In this document: piece by piece, positions 31,360 through 40,708 of the stretch
How the letters are laid out: every line of letters starts with the position of its first letter
How positions within the stretch are numbered: position 1 is the first letter of the stretch
From: an uncultured Planctomycetaceae bacterium
GTDB taxonomy: Bacteria; Planctomycetota; Planctomycetia; Planctomycetales; Planctomycetaceae
NCBI GenBank assembly: GCA_963813715.1
Contig: CAWFAK010000017.1
Location: forward strand, 128,001-192,000
DNA length: 64,000 nt
Direction: 5' to 3'
Notes under the pieces: model-generated
What the model saw: the letters and a program-made list of their open reading frames with translations, nothing else
Databases searched by the model: none
Told to the model about the DNA's origin: nothing
Made by a program: the position numbers and the translations under genes

Positions 31360-32240
31360 GGGACGGGACACGCGGGAGTCCAAGGTCCAAAGTCCAAGTC
31401 CAAGGTCGAAGATCAGAGGCTCGCAATCCTGACTTTGGACTTTGGACCGGGGGACTTTGGACCAACACCGGGACGGGACACGTTGTTTCACCGAGAAATG
31501 CCCGAGGAATTGGCCCTCACCCCGGCCCTCTCCGGCTCGACTGGGCTCGCCGAAGTCCATCCGAGGCGGACGGGCGAGGGGATGGCTCGGAGCGAGACAG
31601 GACACGTCCGCGATCGGGTCCCAACGATCAATTCACTGACGGATTTGAACCACCAAGCCACTAGGATCACCAAGGCAGACAGAATCCGTTGGGGGTCACG
31701 TACTCCTTGGTGGCTTGGTGGTTAGAGATCCGGATTCAGTCCAGACGGGACGGGACACGTTGTTTCACCGAGAAATGCCCGAAGAAAACGGCCCTCACCC
31801 CAACCCTCTCCCACCCGAAGCGGGCGGGCGAGGGGGAAGACTGGGACGGGACACGGGACCGGGACGGGACACTTTCGATCGAGTCCAAGGTCCAAGGTCG
31901 AAGATCAGAGGCTCGCAATCCTGACTTTGGGCTTTGGACCGCGGGACTTTGGACCAACACCGGGACGGGACACGTTGTTTCACCGAGAAAATCCCGGCGA
32001 ATTCGGCCCTGGCAACGACCTGTCCGCACGTCGTCGGGGAGAGCCGCGGGACGGGACACGAAACGGGACGGGATTGAATTGCACGGAACGGGATGGGATT
32101 GGGACGGGATCGGTACGGGAAAGGTCGAGACGGGACACGCGACCGGACGGGACGTGGGGACCGGATTGGAGTCGGCGAGAGCGCCCGGCCCCGGGACGCC
32201 AACGGGACGGGACATATCGGGACCGGGACGGGACGGGATT
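31360..32240 (+). repeat. Non-coding GGGAC/GGACG pentamer-rich array containing a 101-bp direct repeat
   Basis: Roughly 25-30 GGGAC on the + strand by eye and almost none on the - strand. 31398-31498 matches 31890-31990 with 2 mismatches. A third partial copy lies at 31746-31781. Confidence 0.85.
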
Positions 32241-32643
32241 GAATCGGGGCCGGATTGTTCACGCGGCGTAGGTCGACAGTCTCCGATCACAAATTTGAGA
32301 CGCGTGCGACGGTCCGGACACAATCGCGCGAATGGTGCGGACGGCGGCCAGGACCGGCTCTTGGGGCAACGTTCGCAGACACCACTGCTGAGGCTGTCTC
32401 GCCCCCTTGGAGCTTCAAGAGGTGATTTGGGGATCGCTGGATCCTGGGCCTGCGGTGCGCTCCGACCCAGGCGAGAGATGTCTCGGCCCGTTGGGCCTGC
32501 AGAGCGGCTCCTGCGCACGCCCAAGAAAAGCGAGTCGCTTGGAGTCGTATTGAGCCTGCGACTGCCATGTTGAGCGCGCTCCCGAAGGGGCATTGCCGCG
32601 AAACGCGGACCGTTATCACCCGGCGACTCCGATTCGGCCGACA

Positions 32644-32659
32644 CGGCACCGGCTTTGCT
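32644..32659 (+). promoter_or_regulatory. Sigma-54 (-24/-12) promoter
   Basis: CGGCACCGGCTTTGCT fits YGGCAC-N5-TTGCW with exact GG-N10-GC spacing, 100 bp upstream of the small membrane protein gene. Confidence 0.7.
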
Positions 32660-32758
32660 CTCGGCCACTGCGAGGCGGACAGATTCAAAGTGGCCCAGGT
32701 TCGATTGGTGGCTCAGGGCGTTGTTACAGCGACGCTCGCAGATAAGAAGAGATACCCC

Positions 32759-32905
32759 ATGTTGTGGACTGTCTTGTTAGTTGTTCTGGTTCTGTGGGCG
32801 CTCGGTTTTGGCTTTGGCGTCGCCGGAAACCTGGTTCATTTGCTGCTCGTTATCGCGGTCGTCGTGCTGCTCCTCCAGCTACTTGGGGGCCGTCGGGTCG
32901 TGTAA
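32759..32905 (+). CDS. lmo0937-family (DUF5670) small membrane protein
   Basis: 48 aa: MLWTVLLVVLVLWALGF...GNLVHLLLVIAVVVLLLQLLGGRR. Confidence 0.85.
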   Translation: MLWTVLLVVLVLWALGFGFGVAGNLVHLLLVIAVVVLLLQLLGGRRVV

Positions 32906-32953
32906 GGGTTCGCGCGACACCGACCTCGGTTCTTCCTCAAAGGAGGCTCGTCA

Positions 32954-33196
32954 GTGCAAACCACGTCGATCGAACGGCCGGTTCACGGCCACCATAAAGT
33001 TGCTGCCGCAGTTTTTGTCGGGTCGCTGATCTTGGGCTCCGCCATGATCCTGTCAGCAGAATTGATGAAGCCGGAGCGATTCGAGTTTCATCCGGGTTCG
33101 GTTCCGAATAGCTACATCATTTATGATCGGAACACGGGCCGGGCCACTTCCGCTCAAATCGATTCCAAGAATCCGACTGTGTCGCTGGAGAACTGA
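32954..33196 (+). CDS. Small hypothetical protein with one TM helix
   Basis: AAGGAGG RBS. Hydrophobic AAAVFVGSLILGSAMIL, then a YIIYDRNTG beta-hairpin. Confidence 0.65.
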   Translation: MQTTSIERPVHGHHKVAAAVFVGSLILGSAMILSAELMKPERFEFHPGSVPNSYIIYDRNTGRATSAQIDSKNPTVSLEN

Positions 33197-33335
33197 TCGC
33201 GGATTGGAGCTGCCGCCCTGATTGCTGTACTGTGGGCGCAGGTGCGCGACGAGTGAGTCTGTACTGTGGGAGGATGGGTCGGGGGAAGCGGTGTCGGGAC
33301 ATTGAGCGACAGAAGTCACAAGTAGTGCGGCAACT

Positions 33336-34154
33336 TTGTTAATTCGCGTCGGTTACGAGATTGGCTTTGATTTGTCCCAGCCGACCGCGACGCTGATGAT
33401 GCTCTACGTCCATCCGTCGCGCGCCTCGTCGATTCGCGAGCCCGAGCGACTCGAGGTCAAGCCCGACGTTCCTGTTTCCGAGTACGTCGATTCGTTTGGC
33501 AACCGGTGTGGCCGCCTGTTCGCGCCGGCAGGCAGGCTGGTGCTCCGCAACGATGCCATCGTCGAGGACGACGGCCAAACGGATCCGCAGGGCTGGGACG
33601 CTCCGCAACACGAAGTTCGCGATTTGCCCGACGACGTCCTGCAGTTCTTGCTCCCCAGCCGCTATTGCGAGGTCGACAGCGAGCTTTCCGACTTCGCCGC
33701 CTCTCTTTTTAACCAGGTGGCGCCCGGCTGGCCGCGCGTTCAGGCGATCTGCGACTTCGTCAACCAGCACGTTCGTTTCGATTATCTGCAAGCGCGGGCC
33801 AACCGAACTGCCTTGGAGACGTATCGCGAGCGTATCGGTGTCTGCCGCGATTTTACGCATCTGGCCCTGACGCTCTGCCGCTGCATGAATGTTCCGGCCC
33901 GTTACTGCACGGGTTATCTCGGCGACATCGGCGTGCCGTCCTCGCCGCATCCGATGGATTTCAGTGCGTGGTTCGAAGTCTTCCTGGGCGGAACCTGGTG
34001 GGCTTTTGATCCCCGCAACAATATCCCGCGGATCGGCCGGATTCTCATGGCCCGCGGCCGAGACGCGGCAGACGCGGCACTGACGACCACGTTCGGCGCG
34101 AACCAATTGGCATCGTTCAACGTCTGGACTCACGAAGTATTCGACACGCGATAA
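33336..34154 (+). CDS. Transglutaminase-like family protein
   Basis: LIRVGYEI N-terminus, LLPSRYCE, GVCRDFTH (catalytic Cys), PARYCTGYLGD, FDPRNN and GRDAAD. Confidence 0.9.
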   Translation: MLIRVGYEIGFDLSQPTATLMMLYVHPSRASSIREPERLEVKPDVPVSEYVDSFGNRCGRLFAPAGRLVLRNDAIVEDDGQTDPQGWDAPQHEVRDLPDDVLQFLLPSRYCEVDSELSDFAASLFNQVAPGWPRVQAICDFVNQHVRFDYLQARANRTALETYRERIGVCRDFTHLALTLCRCMNVPARYCTGYLGDIGVPSSPHPMDFSAWFEVFLGGTWWAFDPRNNIPRIGRILMARGRDAADAALTTTFGANQLASFNVWTHEVFDTR

Positions 34155-34192
34155 CGATGCCGAGTTGCGAGTCCAGCACTCCGCTAGTCGCG

Positions 34193-35755
34193 TTAGCGCG
34201 TCAGATGGGGATGTGATTGGTCTTCGGCGAGTTGTTTGAGAGCCACCCGGTCGACTTTGCCCGTGGCATTCAGCGGCATTTCGGCGAGGACGACGATTTC
34301 CTCGGGCGCTTTGTAGCCGACGTGCTTTCGCGCGAAGGCGATCAGCTCGGCGCTGGTGGGCCGCTTGGCTCCTGCGCGGAGGGTGACGTAGGCCCGCACG
34401 TTTTCGCCGTGGACAAGATCGTGGACGCCGACGACTCCGGCGGACTCGATGGCCGGGTGTTCTTCCAAAACTTCCTCGACCTCTTGGGGGCAGATGTTCG
34501 AGCCATCGTGCACGATGATCTGTTTCTTGCGGCCGTGAAACCACAGGTAGCCGTCGGCATCGACGCGCATCAGGTCGCCCGTGTCGAGCCAGCCGTCGAC
34601 GATGGTCTCGGCGGTGGCTTGCTGGTTGCCCCAATAGCCGACCGTGATGGCCGGCGACCGGACCCAGACCCGACCCGAGGTGCCGGCCGACGCTTCGACG
34701 CCGGAATCGTCGCGGAGGGACATTTCAAAGCCCGGACAAATCTTGCCGATCGAGCCCAACCGGTTTTCGCCGGACGGCGGATTGAGCGTGGCGACGCCGA
34801 TCTCGGTCATGCCGTAGCTTTCGTCGACGGGGAAGCCCGCCAGGCCGATGAATTCCTGCTCCAGCTCGGCACTGACTTTGTCGCCGCCGGAAAGGCACAG
34901 CCGGATGGACGAAAAGTCGTGCGGGCCGGCGTCGTGGTCGCGGACCAAGGCGATCAAAGCGGCCGGCAGCATGAACAGCACCGTCGGGCGATACCGCTGC
35001 AGGAGGGGCAAGATCTCGGGACCATCGCTGGCACTTGGCACGATCAGGCGACCGCCAGCCGCAAGCGTCGACAGTCCGAACAGCGACCCGCCGATATGCG
35101 AAAACGACGAGCCGGGAAGGAATGTATCGCCCTCCGCGAGTTCCATCGCCTGAATGAAGGTCGCAATCATGCCGGCGTAGGAGCCGTGCGTATGCGTGAC
35201 GCCCTTGGGCTTGCCCGTGCTGCCCGACGTGAAATAGATGAAGGCCGGAGCGTCGGCGGGAGGCGTGGGCAGTTCGCCGCTGGCGGGCGGACCGTCGATC
35301 AACTCTTCGTAATGCGGACCGCGGCCGTCACTCGCCTCACAACGAATCACGCCCTTGGGGAGACGGTTCGCGAACCGGCTGGCGGCGACATCTCCGTCGC
35401 GCTCCGCATGATGCAAGAGCAGCGACGCGCCACTGACCTCCAAGGCGTGGTCGATCTCCGGCGGCATGTAGCGATAGTTGAGCGGCGTCGCCACCAGTGC
35501 GGCTTTCAGGCAGGCGAGATAGTGAATGACGAGCGACGGGCGATTGGGCATCAGCGACGCCACCCGATCGCCGGGCTTCAAACCGAGTGCCAGATACTGC
35601 ACCGCCAGCCGCGTGCTGAGCTCGTCAAGTTGCCGCCAACTCAGGCACGAAGTGGCCGAGATCAGCGCCAGATCGTCCGGTTTGGTCTTCAGCCCGCGTC
35701 CCAGCAGATTGGCGATCGCCGTGGCACGCGTCAGAGGAGGTCCGGCAAGGGGCAC
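34193..35755 (-). CDS. AMP-dependent synthetase / long-chain acyl-CoA ligase
   Basis: FTSGSTGKPKG, SYGMTE, GWLDTGDL, GRKKQII and ATGKVDR. Confidence 0.92.
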   Translation of the reverse strand: MPLAGPPLTRATAIANLLGRGLKTKPDDLALISATSCLSWRQLDELSTRLAVQYLALGLKPGDRVASLMPNRPSLVIHYLACLKAALVATPLNYRYMPPEIDHALEVSGASLLLHHAERDGDVAASRFANRLPKGVIRCEASDGRGPHYEELIDGPPASGELPTPPADAPAFIYFTSGSTGKPKGVTHTHGSYAGMIATFIQAMELAEGDTFLPGSSFSHIGGSLFGLSTLAAGGRLIVPSASDGPEILPLLQRYRPTVLFMLPAALIALVRDHDAGPHDFSSIRLCLSGGDKVSAELEQEFIGLAGFPVDESYGMTEIGVATLNPPSGENRLGSIGKICPGFEMSLRDDSGVEASAGTSGRVWVRSPAITVGYWGNQQATAETIVDGWLDTGDLMRVDADGYLWFHGRKKQIIVHDGSNICPQEVEEVLEEHPAIESAGVVGVHDLVHGENVRAYVTLRAGAKRPTSAELIAFARKHVGYKAPEEIVVLAEMPLNATGKVDRVALKQLAEDQSHPHLTR

Positions 35756-35999
35756 GACCGATTCCTTAAGCTCAAGCGATCACGAAGAATCGCGGCTGCC
35801 ATGTTACGCCGCCCCATTAATCTTGACATCTTTATTATGCGGCATCGACCAATCGCGGTCTGCCGTCTCAACCTTGGCGAGCTAAACGCTTCCCAGCACG
35901 CCTGCGGCGGCTCGCCCCGTTTTGAGTCGTAAGTCGGGTAAGCCGCAACAGGTGCAGGGGCGTGCCCCTGCCGGTAGAATTCGGCCAGGAGGTATCACT

Positions 36000-37088
36000 A
36001 TGACGGGCGATTGTTTGCCATTGAAGGCCATTCATCACGTTGAGTTGCTGGTCGGAAATGCGAAGCAGGCTGCTTATTTTTATCGGCACGCCTTCGGGTT
36101 TTCGCAGCTGGCGTACGCCGGTCCGGAAACCGGGCTGAAGGATCAGGCCTCGTACGTGCTCTACCAGGGGGACATCCGCCTGGTGGTGAGCACGCCTCTG
36201 TCGCCGGACGACGCGATGGCCGACCACTTGCGGCGGCACGGGGACGGGGTGCTCGATATCGCCTTTCTGGTCGACGACGTCGATTCGGCGTACGACGAGG
36301 CCGTGAAGCGCGGTGCGCAGCCGGCGCTGCCGCCTTACGATCGCAGCGATCCGTCCGGCCGCATTCGCCGGGCAAAGATTCGCACCTACGGCGACACGCT
36401 CCATTCGCTGATCTCGACGGCCGACTACACCGGGCCGTTTTTGCCGGGTTACCAGGTCCGCCGCCGACCGTCTCCGGGAGCGGGGCTCGAGCGGATCGAC
36501 CATATCGTGGGCAACGTCGAAGACGGCCGCATGAACGACTGGGGGACGTTTTACAACAAGGTCCTCGGCTTCCATCAGTTCATGTCGTTCGACGACAAGG
36601 ACATTTCGACCGAGTTCTCGGCCCTCCGCAGCCAGGTGATGGCCGCTCCGAACAATGTGGTCAAGTTCCCGATCAACGAACCGGCTCCGGGCAAGCGCAA
36701 GAGCCAGATTCAAGAGTATCTCGACTACAACGGCGGGGCCGGCGTCCAGCACGTAGCCATCACCACCCGCGACATCATCCACACGATCTCGGTGCTGAAG
36801 GACAATGGTGTCGAGTTTTTGATGGTCCCGACTTCGTACTACTCGGATTTGTGGGACCGGGTCGGCGAGGTGCGGGAGGACCACCAGGCGATCAAGGATT
36901 TGGGGATCCTGGTCGACTGCGACGAAAAGGGTTACCTGCTGCAGATCTTCACCAAGCCCGTGGAGGACCGGCCGACCCTGTTCTTCGAGATCATTCAGCG
37001 GCAGGGCTCTGACGCTTTCGGAAAAGGCAATTTCAAGGCCCTGTTCGAGGCGATTGAACGCGAACAAGCGGCTCGGGGGAACCTATAA
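36000..37088 (+). CDS. hppD: 4-hydroxyphenylpyruvate dioxygenase
   Basis: HGDGV, IDHIVGNV, KFPINEP, KSQIQEYL, GVQHVA, LLQIFTKP, FFEIIQR and FGKGNFKALFEAIE. AGGAGG RBS before ATG 36000. Confidence 0.96.
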   Translation: MTGDCLPLKAIHHVELLVGNAKQAAYFYRHAFGFSQLAYAGPETGLKDQASYVLYQGDIRLVVSTPLSPDDAMADHLRRHGDGVLDIAFLVDDVDSAYDEAVKRGAQPALPPYDRSDPSGRIRRAKIRTYGDTLHSLISTADYTGPFLPGYQVRRRPSPGAGLERIDHIVGNVEDGRMNDWGTFYNKVLGFHQFMSFDDKDISTEFSALRSQVMAAPNNVVKFPINEPAPGKRKSQIQEYLDYNGGAGVQHVAITTRDIIHTISVLKDNGVEFLMVPTSYYSDLWDRVGEVREDHQAIKDLGILVDCDEKGYLLQIFTKPVEDRPTLFFEIIQRQGSDAFGKGNFKALFEAIEREQAARGNL

Positions 37089-37132
37089 TTCGAGCGGACA
37101 AAAGTCGCCGGCAGATCGAACACTGCATTGAT

Positions 37133-37230
37133 GGGTGGCACTGGCGGCTCGTCCGCCAGTGTCCATTTTCGGGCCCGTGCGCATTTTCGGAGTTGAAATT
37201 CCACTGGCGGACAAGCCGCCAGTGCCACCC
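37133..37230. repeat. REP doublet (inverted pair of palindromes) between hppD and hmgA
   Basis: GGGTGGCACTGGCGGCTCGTCCGCCAGTG (37133-37161) and CACTGGCGGACAAGCCGCCAGTGCCACCC (37202-37230). Confidence 0.8.
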
Positions 37231-37279
37231 TGCAAGTTGACGTTGTCGGGCGAATTGGTGGCGGGAAGCGAGGTGCTTT

Positions 37280-38446
37280 ATGTCCTCGTATCATCGTTTG
37301 GGCGAGTTGCCTCGCAAACGGCACATCGTCTTTCGGCAGCCGGACGGCAGCCTGTATCACGAGCACGTGATGGGTAGCCGTGGCTTCTCCGGCCCCGAGT
37401 CGCTGCTCTATCACCGCCGGCCCCCCACCGCCATCATCTCGTCGCGGCTGTTGCAAAAGTGCGAATGGGTGCGGGATGACGATGCCACATTGCGGATGCG
37501 GCACTTCGCCACCCACAGTCTGCCGCAGCAAAAGAGTGTCACGCTCAACCGCAGCCCCCTGCTCTTCAACGCCGACGTGGCGATGTCGTACGTGCAGCCG
37601 ACGACGACCGACACGTTTTTCTACCGCAACGCGCAAGGGGACGAGCTGGTTTACGTTTCCGAGGGGACGGGCGTTCTCGAAACGATGCTGGGCGACCTGT
37701 CGTACCAGGCGGGCGACTACGTGATCATCCCTCGCGGGATCACGCATCGCTGGAAGCTCGGCGACAAACCGCCGCGGATGCTGGTGATCGAGAGCGCGGG
37801 CCCGATTCGGCCGCCCGCGCGATACGTCAACGAGGTCGGTCAGTACCTCGAGCACAGCCCCTATTGTGAGCGCGACATCCGCCGGCCGACGACGCTGCAG
37901 TCGCACAACGAGACGGGCGAATTCCCGGTCGTCGTCAAGCAGAACGACGCGCTGACCGAGGTGATCTTGGATCACCACCCGTTCGACGTGATCGGCTGGG
38001 ACGGGAACTACTACCCGTGGATTTTGTCGATCCACGACTTCGAGCCGATCGTCGGCAGCCTGCACCAGCCACCCCCCGTGCACCAGACGTTTCAGGGGGA
38101 CGGCTTCGTCGTCTGCTCGTTCGTGCCGCGGCTATTCGACTTCCACCCCGACGCGGTACCCGTGCCCTACAATCACTCCAACGTCAACAGCGACGAAGTG
38201 ATTTACTACGCCAACAACGAGTTCATGAGCCGCAAGGGAATTTCGTATGGCTCGCTGACTCTCCATCCGGGCGGCCTGCCCCACGGGCCGCATCCCGGAC
38301 GGGTTGAGGAGTCGATTGGCAAGAAACGGACCGACGAGCTGGCCGTCATGCTCGACACGTTCCGTCCCCTACAGGTCGGCCAAGGCGTGCAGGCGATCGA
38401 GGATCCCGAATACGCGCAGAGCTGGTTCAGACACATGGCGAAGTGA
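37280..38446 (+). CDS. hmgA: Homogentisate 1,2-dioxygenase
   Basis: PRKRH, GFSGPESLLYH, NAQGDEL, HPFDVIGWDG, HQPPPVH, PYNHSNVNSDE and LHPGGLPHGPHPG. Adjacent to hppD. Confidence 0.93.
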   Translation: MSSYHRLGELPRKRHIVFRQPDGSLYHEHVMGSRGFSGPESLLYHRRPPTAIISSRLLQKCEWVRDDDATLRMRHFATHSLPQQKSVTLNRSPLLFNADVAMSYVQPTTTDTFFYRNAQGDELVYVSEGTGVLETMLGDLSYQAGDYVIIPRGITHRWKLGDKPPRMLVIESAGPIRPPARYVNEVGQYLEHSPYCERDIRRPTTLQSHNETGEFPVVVKQNDALTEVILDHHPFDVIGWDGNYYPWILSIHDFEPIVGSLHQPPPVHQTFQGDGFVVCSFVPRLFDFHPDAVPVPYNHSNVNSDEVIYYANNEFMSRKGISYGSLTLHPGGLPHGPHPGRVEESIGKKRTDELAVMLDTFRPLQVGQGVQAIEDPEYAQSWFRHMAK

Positions 38447-38471
38447 TCGAGAGCGAAAAACAGGCGGCCGC

Positions 38472-38714
38472 TTGAGCGAAGACGAGCTGATTCCCGTATT
38501 CATGCCGAGCCTGGTCTCGGTTCTGCTCCGCAGTGAGCGCGACAAGGGGTCTCCGCTCACAGAAGAAGAGGTCCTCGCAATCCGCGACAAGTCGGCAGTG
38601 GTGATGATGCGCCGCAGGCACGCTGTTGAGATGGCTGAGAAGAGGGGATACGACGACATCGACCCCACTCAGTGCTGGTCCGAGTGGCAGCGCGTTCGCG
38701 TAGAGCTATTGTGA
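38472..38714 (+). CDS. Small conserved hypothetical protein (about 80 aa)
   Basis: LIPVFMPSLVSVLLRSERDKGSPLTEEEVLAIRD...RGYDDIDP..CWSEWQ reads as a folded protein. TTG start. Confidence 0.65.
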   Translation: MSEDELIPVFMPSLVSVLLRSERDKGSPLTEEEVLAIRDKSAVVMMRRRHAVEMAEKRGYDDIDPTQCWSEWQRVRVELL

Positions 38715-38784
38715 GTGTCGGCCGCGACTTGAATCACGTTGCACCAGTCGTCGCGGCCGGCGCCAGACTCAAAACCGAGGAGGC

Positions 38785-40092
38785 TTGACCACGATGATCG
38801 GCAGGCCGCAGGATGGTGCACGCACCGAGATCGACGTTCGGCCCGGCTCGTTCGTGCCTCCGTCGCCCGCGGAGCTGACGGCGCGGCTTCCCAATCTCGA
38901 AGTGACCGAGATGCTTGGCCACGGCGGAATGGGTGTCGTCTACAAAGGGCGACAGCCGTTTCTCGATCGCGCGGTCGCCATCAAGTTGATTCGCCCCGAT
39001 TTCAACAACGAGGAGTCACAGCAGAGCTTCATTCGCGAGGCACGATCGTTGGCGAAGTTGACACATCCGTACATCGTCAATGTCTTCGACTGTGGCAAAG
39101 CCGGCGATCTGTTCTACTTTGTGATGGAATACGTGGAAGGCAACAGCCTTCGGCACTTCCTCTCCCAGAAATCGGTTTCCCAGCGGGATGTTCTCGACTA
39201 TCTGCCCCAGATCGGCGAAGCCTTGCAATACGCCCACGACAGCGGAATCGTGCATCGGGACGTGAAACCGGAGAACATCATCGTCGATCGCCGCAACCGA
39301 GTGCGGCTGGTCGATTTTGGGCTGGCGAAATGGCTCGGGTCTGCGGGGATTGACGGACCTCGCGACACGGCCGTGGCCGGCACCTGGGGCTACATCGCTC
39401 CGGAACAGATCTCGATGCCTGAAAGCGTCGACCATCGGGCGGACATCTTCTCCACCGGCGTCGTCTGCTATGAGATGCTGACCGGCCAAGTGCCCCGCGA
39501 TGGCTTCCAGCCTCCGTCGAATTCCTCGGCGGCTGACCCGCGGTTCGATCCGATCGTCGGGCGGGCTCTCGAACGCGATCGAGAGCGGCGCTATCAACAG
39601 ATGCGGGAAATGAATGCCGACGTGCGGCTGCTGACGAGGACACCGGAGTCGACGCTCCGCTTCGTGCGGACGATTGCCGCCCCGATCGAGAAGGTCTTCG
39701 AGGCGTGGACCCGGCCCGAAGTGATGGCGAACTGGTTCGCACCGACCGACGACTTCGTTCCTTCCGCAGTCGAGGTCGACCTGCGGGTCGGCGGCAACTA
39801 CCGCGTCGACATGCGGCCGAAAGATAGCACCGAAGTTTTTATGCACCGGGGGCAGTATTGCCGCATCGAGCCGCCCCACTTATTGAGTTTTACCTGGTGC
39901 CCGGTATCGCGTGGCCCGAACACTCCGGAAACGCAGGTGACGATCGAACTGCGGCCCAACGGCGACGCAACCGACTTGACGTTGATCCATGAACGATTTC
40001 CCGACGAAGCGGATCGTGATCGTCACCAGAAAGGCTGGCACGGCTGCTTGGGACGATTGGCGAGCAAAGTGGACGCAGCAGATGGCACATAA
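38785..40092 (+). CDS. Hanks-type Ser/Thr kinase fused to a C-terminal SRPBCC/AHSA1 domain
   Basis: GHGGMGVVY, VAIK, HRDVKPEN, DFG, APE and DIFSTG. Then RTIAAPIEKVFEAWT, DLRVGGNYR, LSFTW and HQKGWHGCL. Confidence 0.9.
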   Translation: MTTMIGRPQDGARTEIDVRPGSFVPPSPAELTARLPNLEVTEMLGHGGMGVVYKGRQPFLDRAVAIKLIRPDFNNEESQQSFIREARSLAKLTHPYIVNVFDCGKAGDLFYFVMEYVEGNSLRHFLSQKSVSQRDVLDYLPQIGEALQYAHDSGIVHRDVKPENIIVDRRNRVRLVDFGLAKWLGSAGIDGPRDTAVAGTWGYIAPEQISMPESVDHRADIFSTGVVCYEMLTGQVPRDGFQPPSNSSAADPRFDPIVGRALERDRERRYQQMREMNADVRLLTRTPESTLRFVRTIAAPIEKVFEAWTRPEVMANWFAPTDDFVPSAVEVDLRVGGNYRVDMRPKDSTEVFMHRGQYCRIEPPHLLSFTWCPVSRGPNTPETQVTIELRPNGDATDLTLIHERFPDEADRDRHQKGWHGCLGRLASKVDAADGT

Positions 40093-40624
40093 ACGGATAG
40101 CGAATAAGCCAGTCGTCCTCGGAGCTGGCCGTTGGCTGCGTCTGGTTGAAGTCGACGGCTGGGAGTTCGTCGAACGGGTGAAAGCGACCGGCGTCGTGGC
40201 AATCGTCGCCGTCACGCCTGATGGCGAATTGATTCTGACCGAGCAGTTTCGGCGGTCGGTGAACGGCCGCGTGATCGACTTGCCGGCCGGTTTGGCCGGC
40301 GACGGACCAGAAAGCGAAGAACTCGTGACGGCCGCGCAACGCGAGCTGATCGAGGAAACCGGCTACGACGCCCGGCGATTCACGCTGCTCGCACACGCAC
40401 CGACGTCGCCGGGACTGACGACCGAGGTCGTATCTTTCTTTCGAGCGGCCGGCTTGAAAAAAGTGGGCGCCGGCGGAGGCATCGAAGGAGAAGACATCGT
40501 CATCCACAAGGTCAAACTAACCCGGGCCGACGCATGGCTCCGCCGCCAGGCGCGCTCGGGGAAACACATCGATTGCAAGGTATTCGCCGGGCTGCATTTC
40601 GCGCAGGCAGCCGGAGGGCGGTGA
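40082..40624 (+). CDS. NUDIX hydrolase (ADP-ribose pyrophosphatase-like)
   Basis: EQFRR and Nudix box LPAGLAG...AAQRELIEETGY, SPG. Start overlaps the kinase stop. Confidence 0.88.
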   Translation: MAHKRIANKPVVLGAGRWLRLVEVDGWEFVERVKATGVVAIVAVTPDGELILTEQFRRSVNGRVIDLPAGLAGDGPESEELVTAAQRELIEETGYDARRFTLLAHAPTSPGLTTEVVSFFRAAGLKKVGAGGGIEGEDIVIHKVKLTRADAWLRRQARSGKHIDCKVFAGLHFAQAAGGR

Positions 40625-40708
40625 ACCATCGGTCTCACGGTGACGTCTTAATTAGAGACCTCCATCGGCGAGACGTCTTCGTTGCGCAAGTGCGAATCAA
40701 GCTGGCGT

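Noticed and set aside
30487..32668. ORFs of 372, 294 and 310 aa in the repeat zone
   Set aside because: Low-complexity translations of DNA repeats (GTGRD/SRPVP), with no RBS or domain signal.
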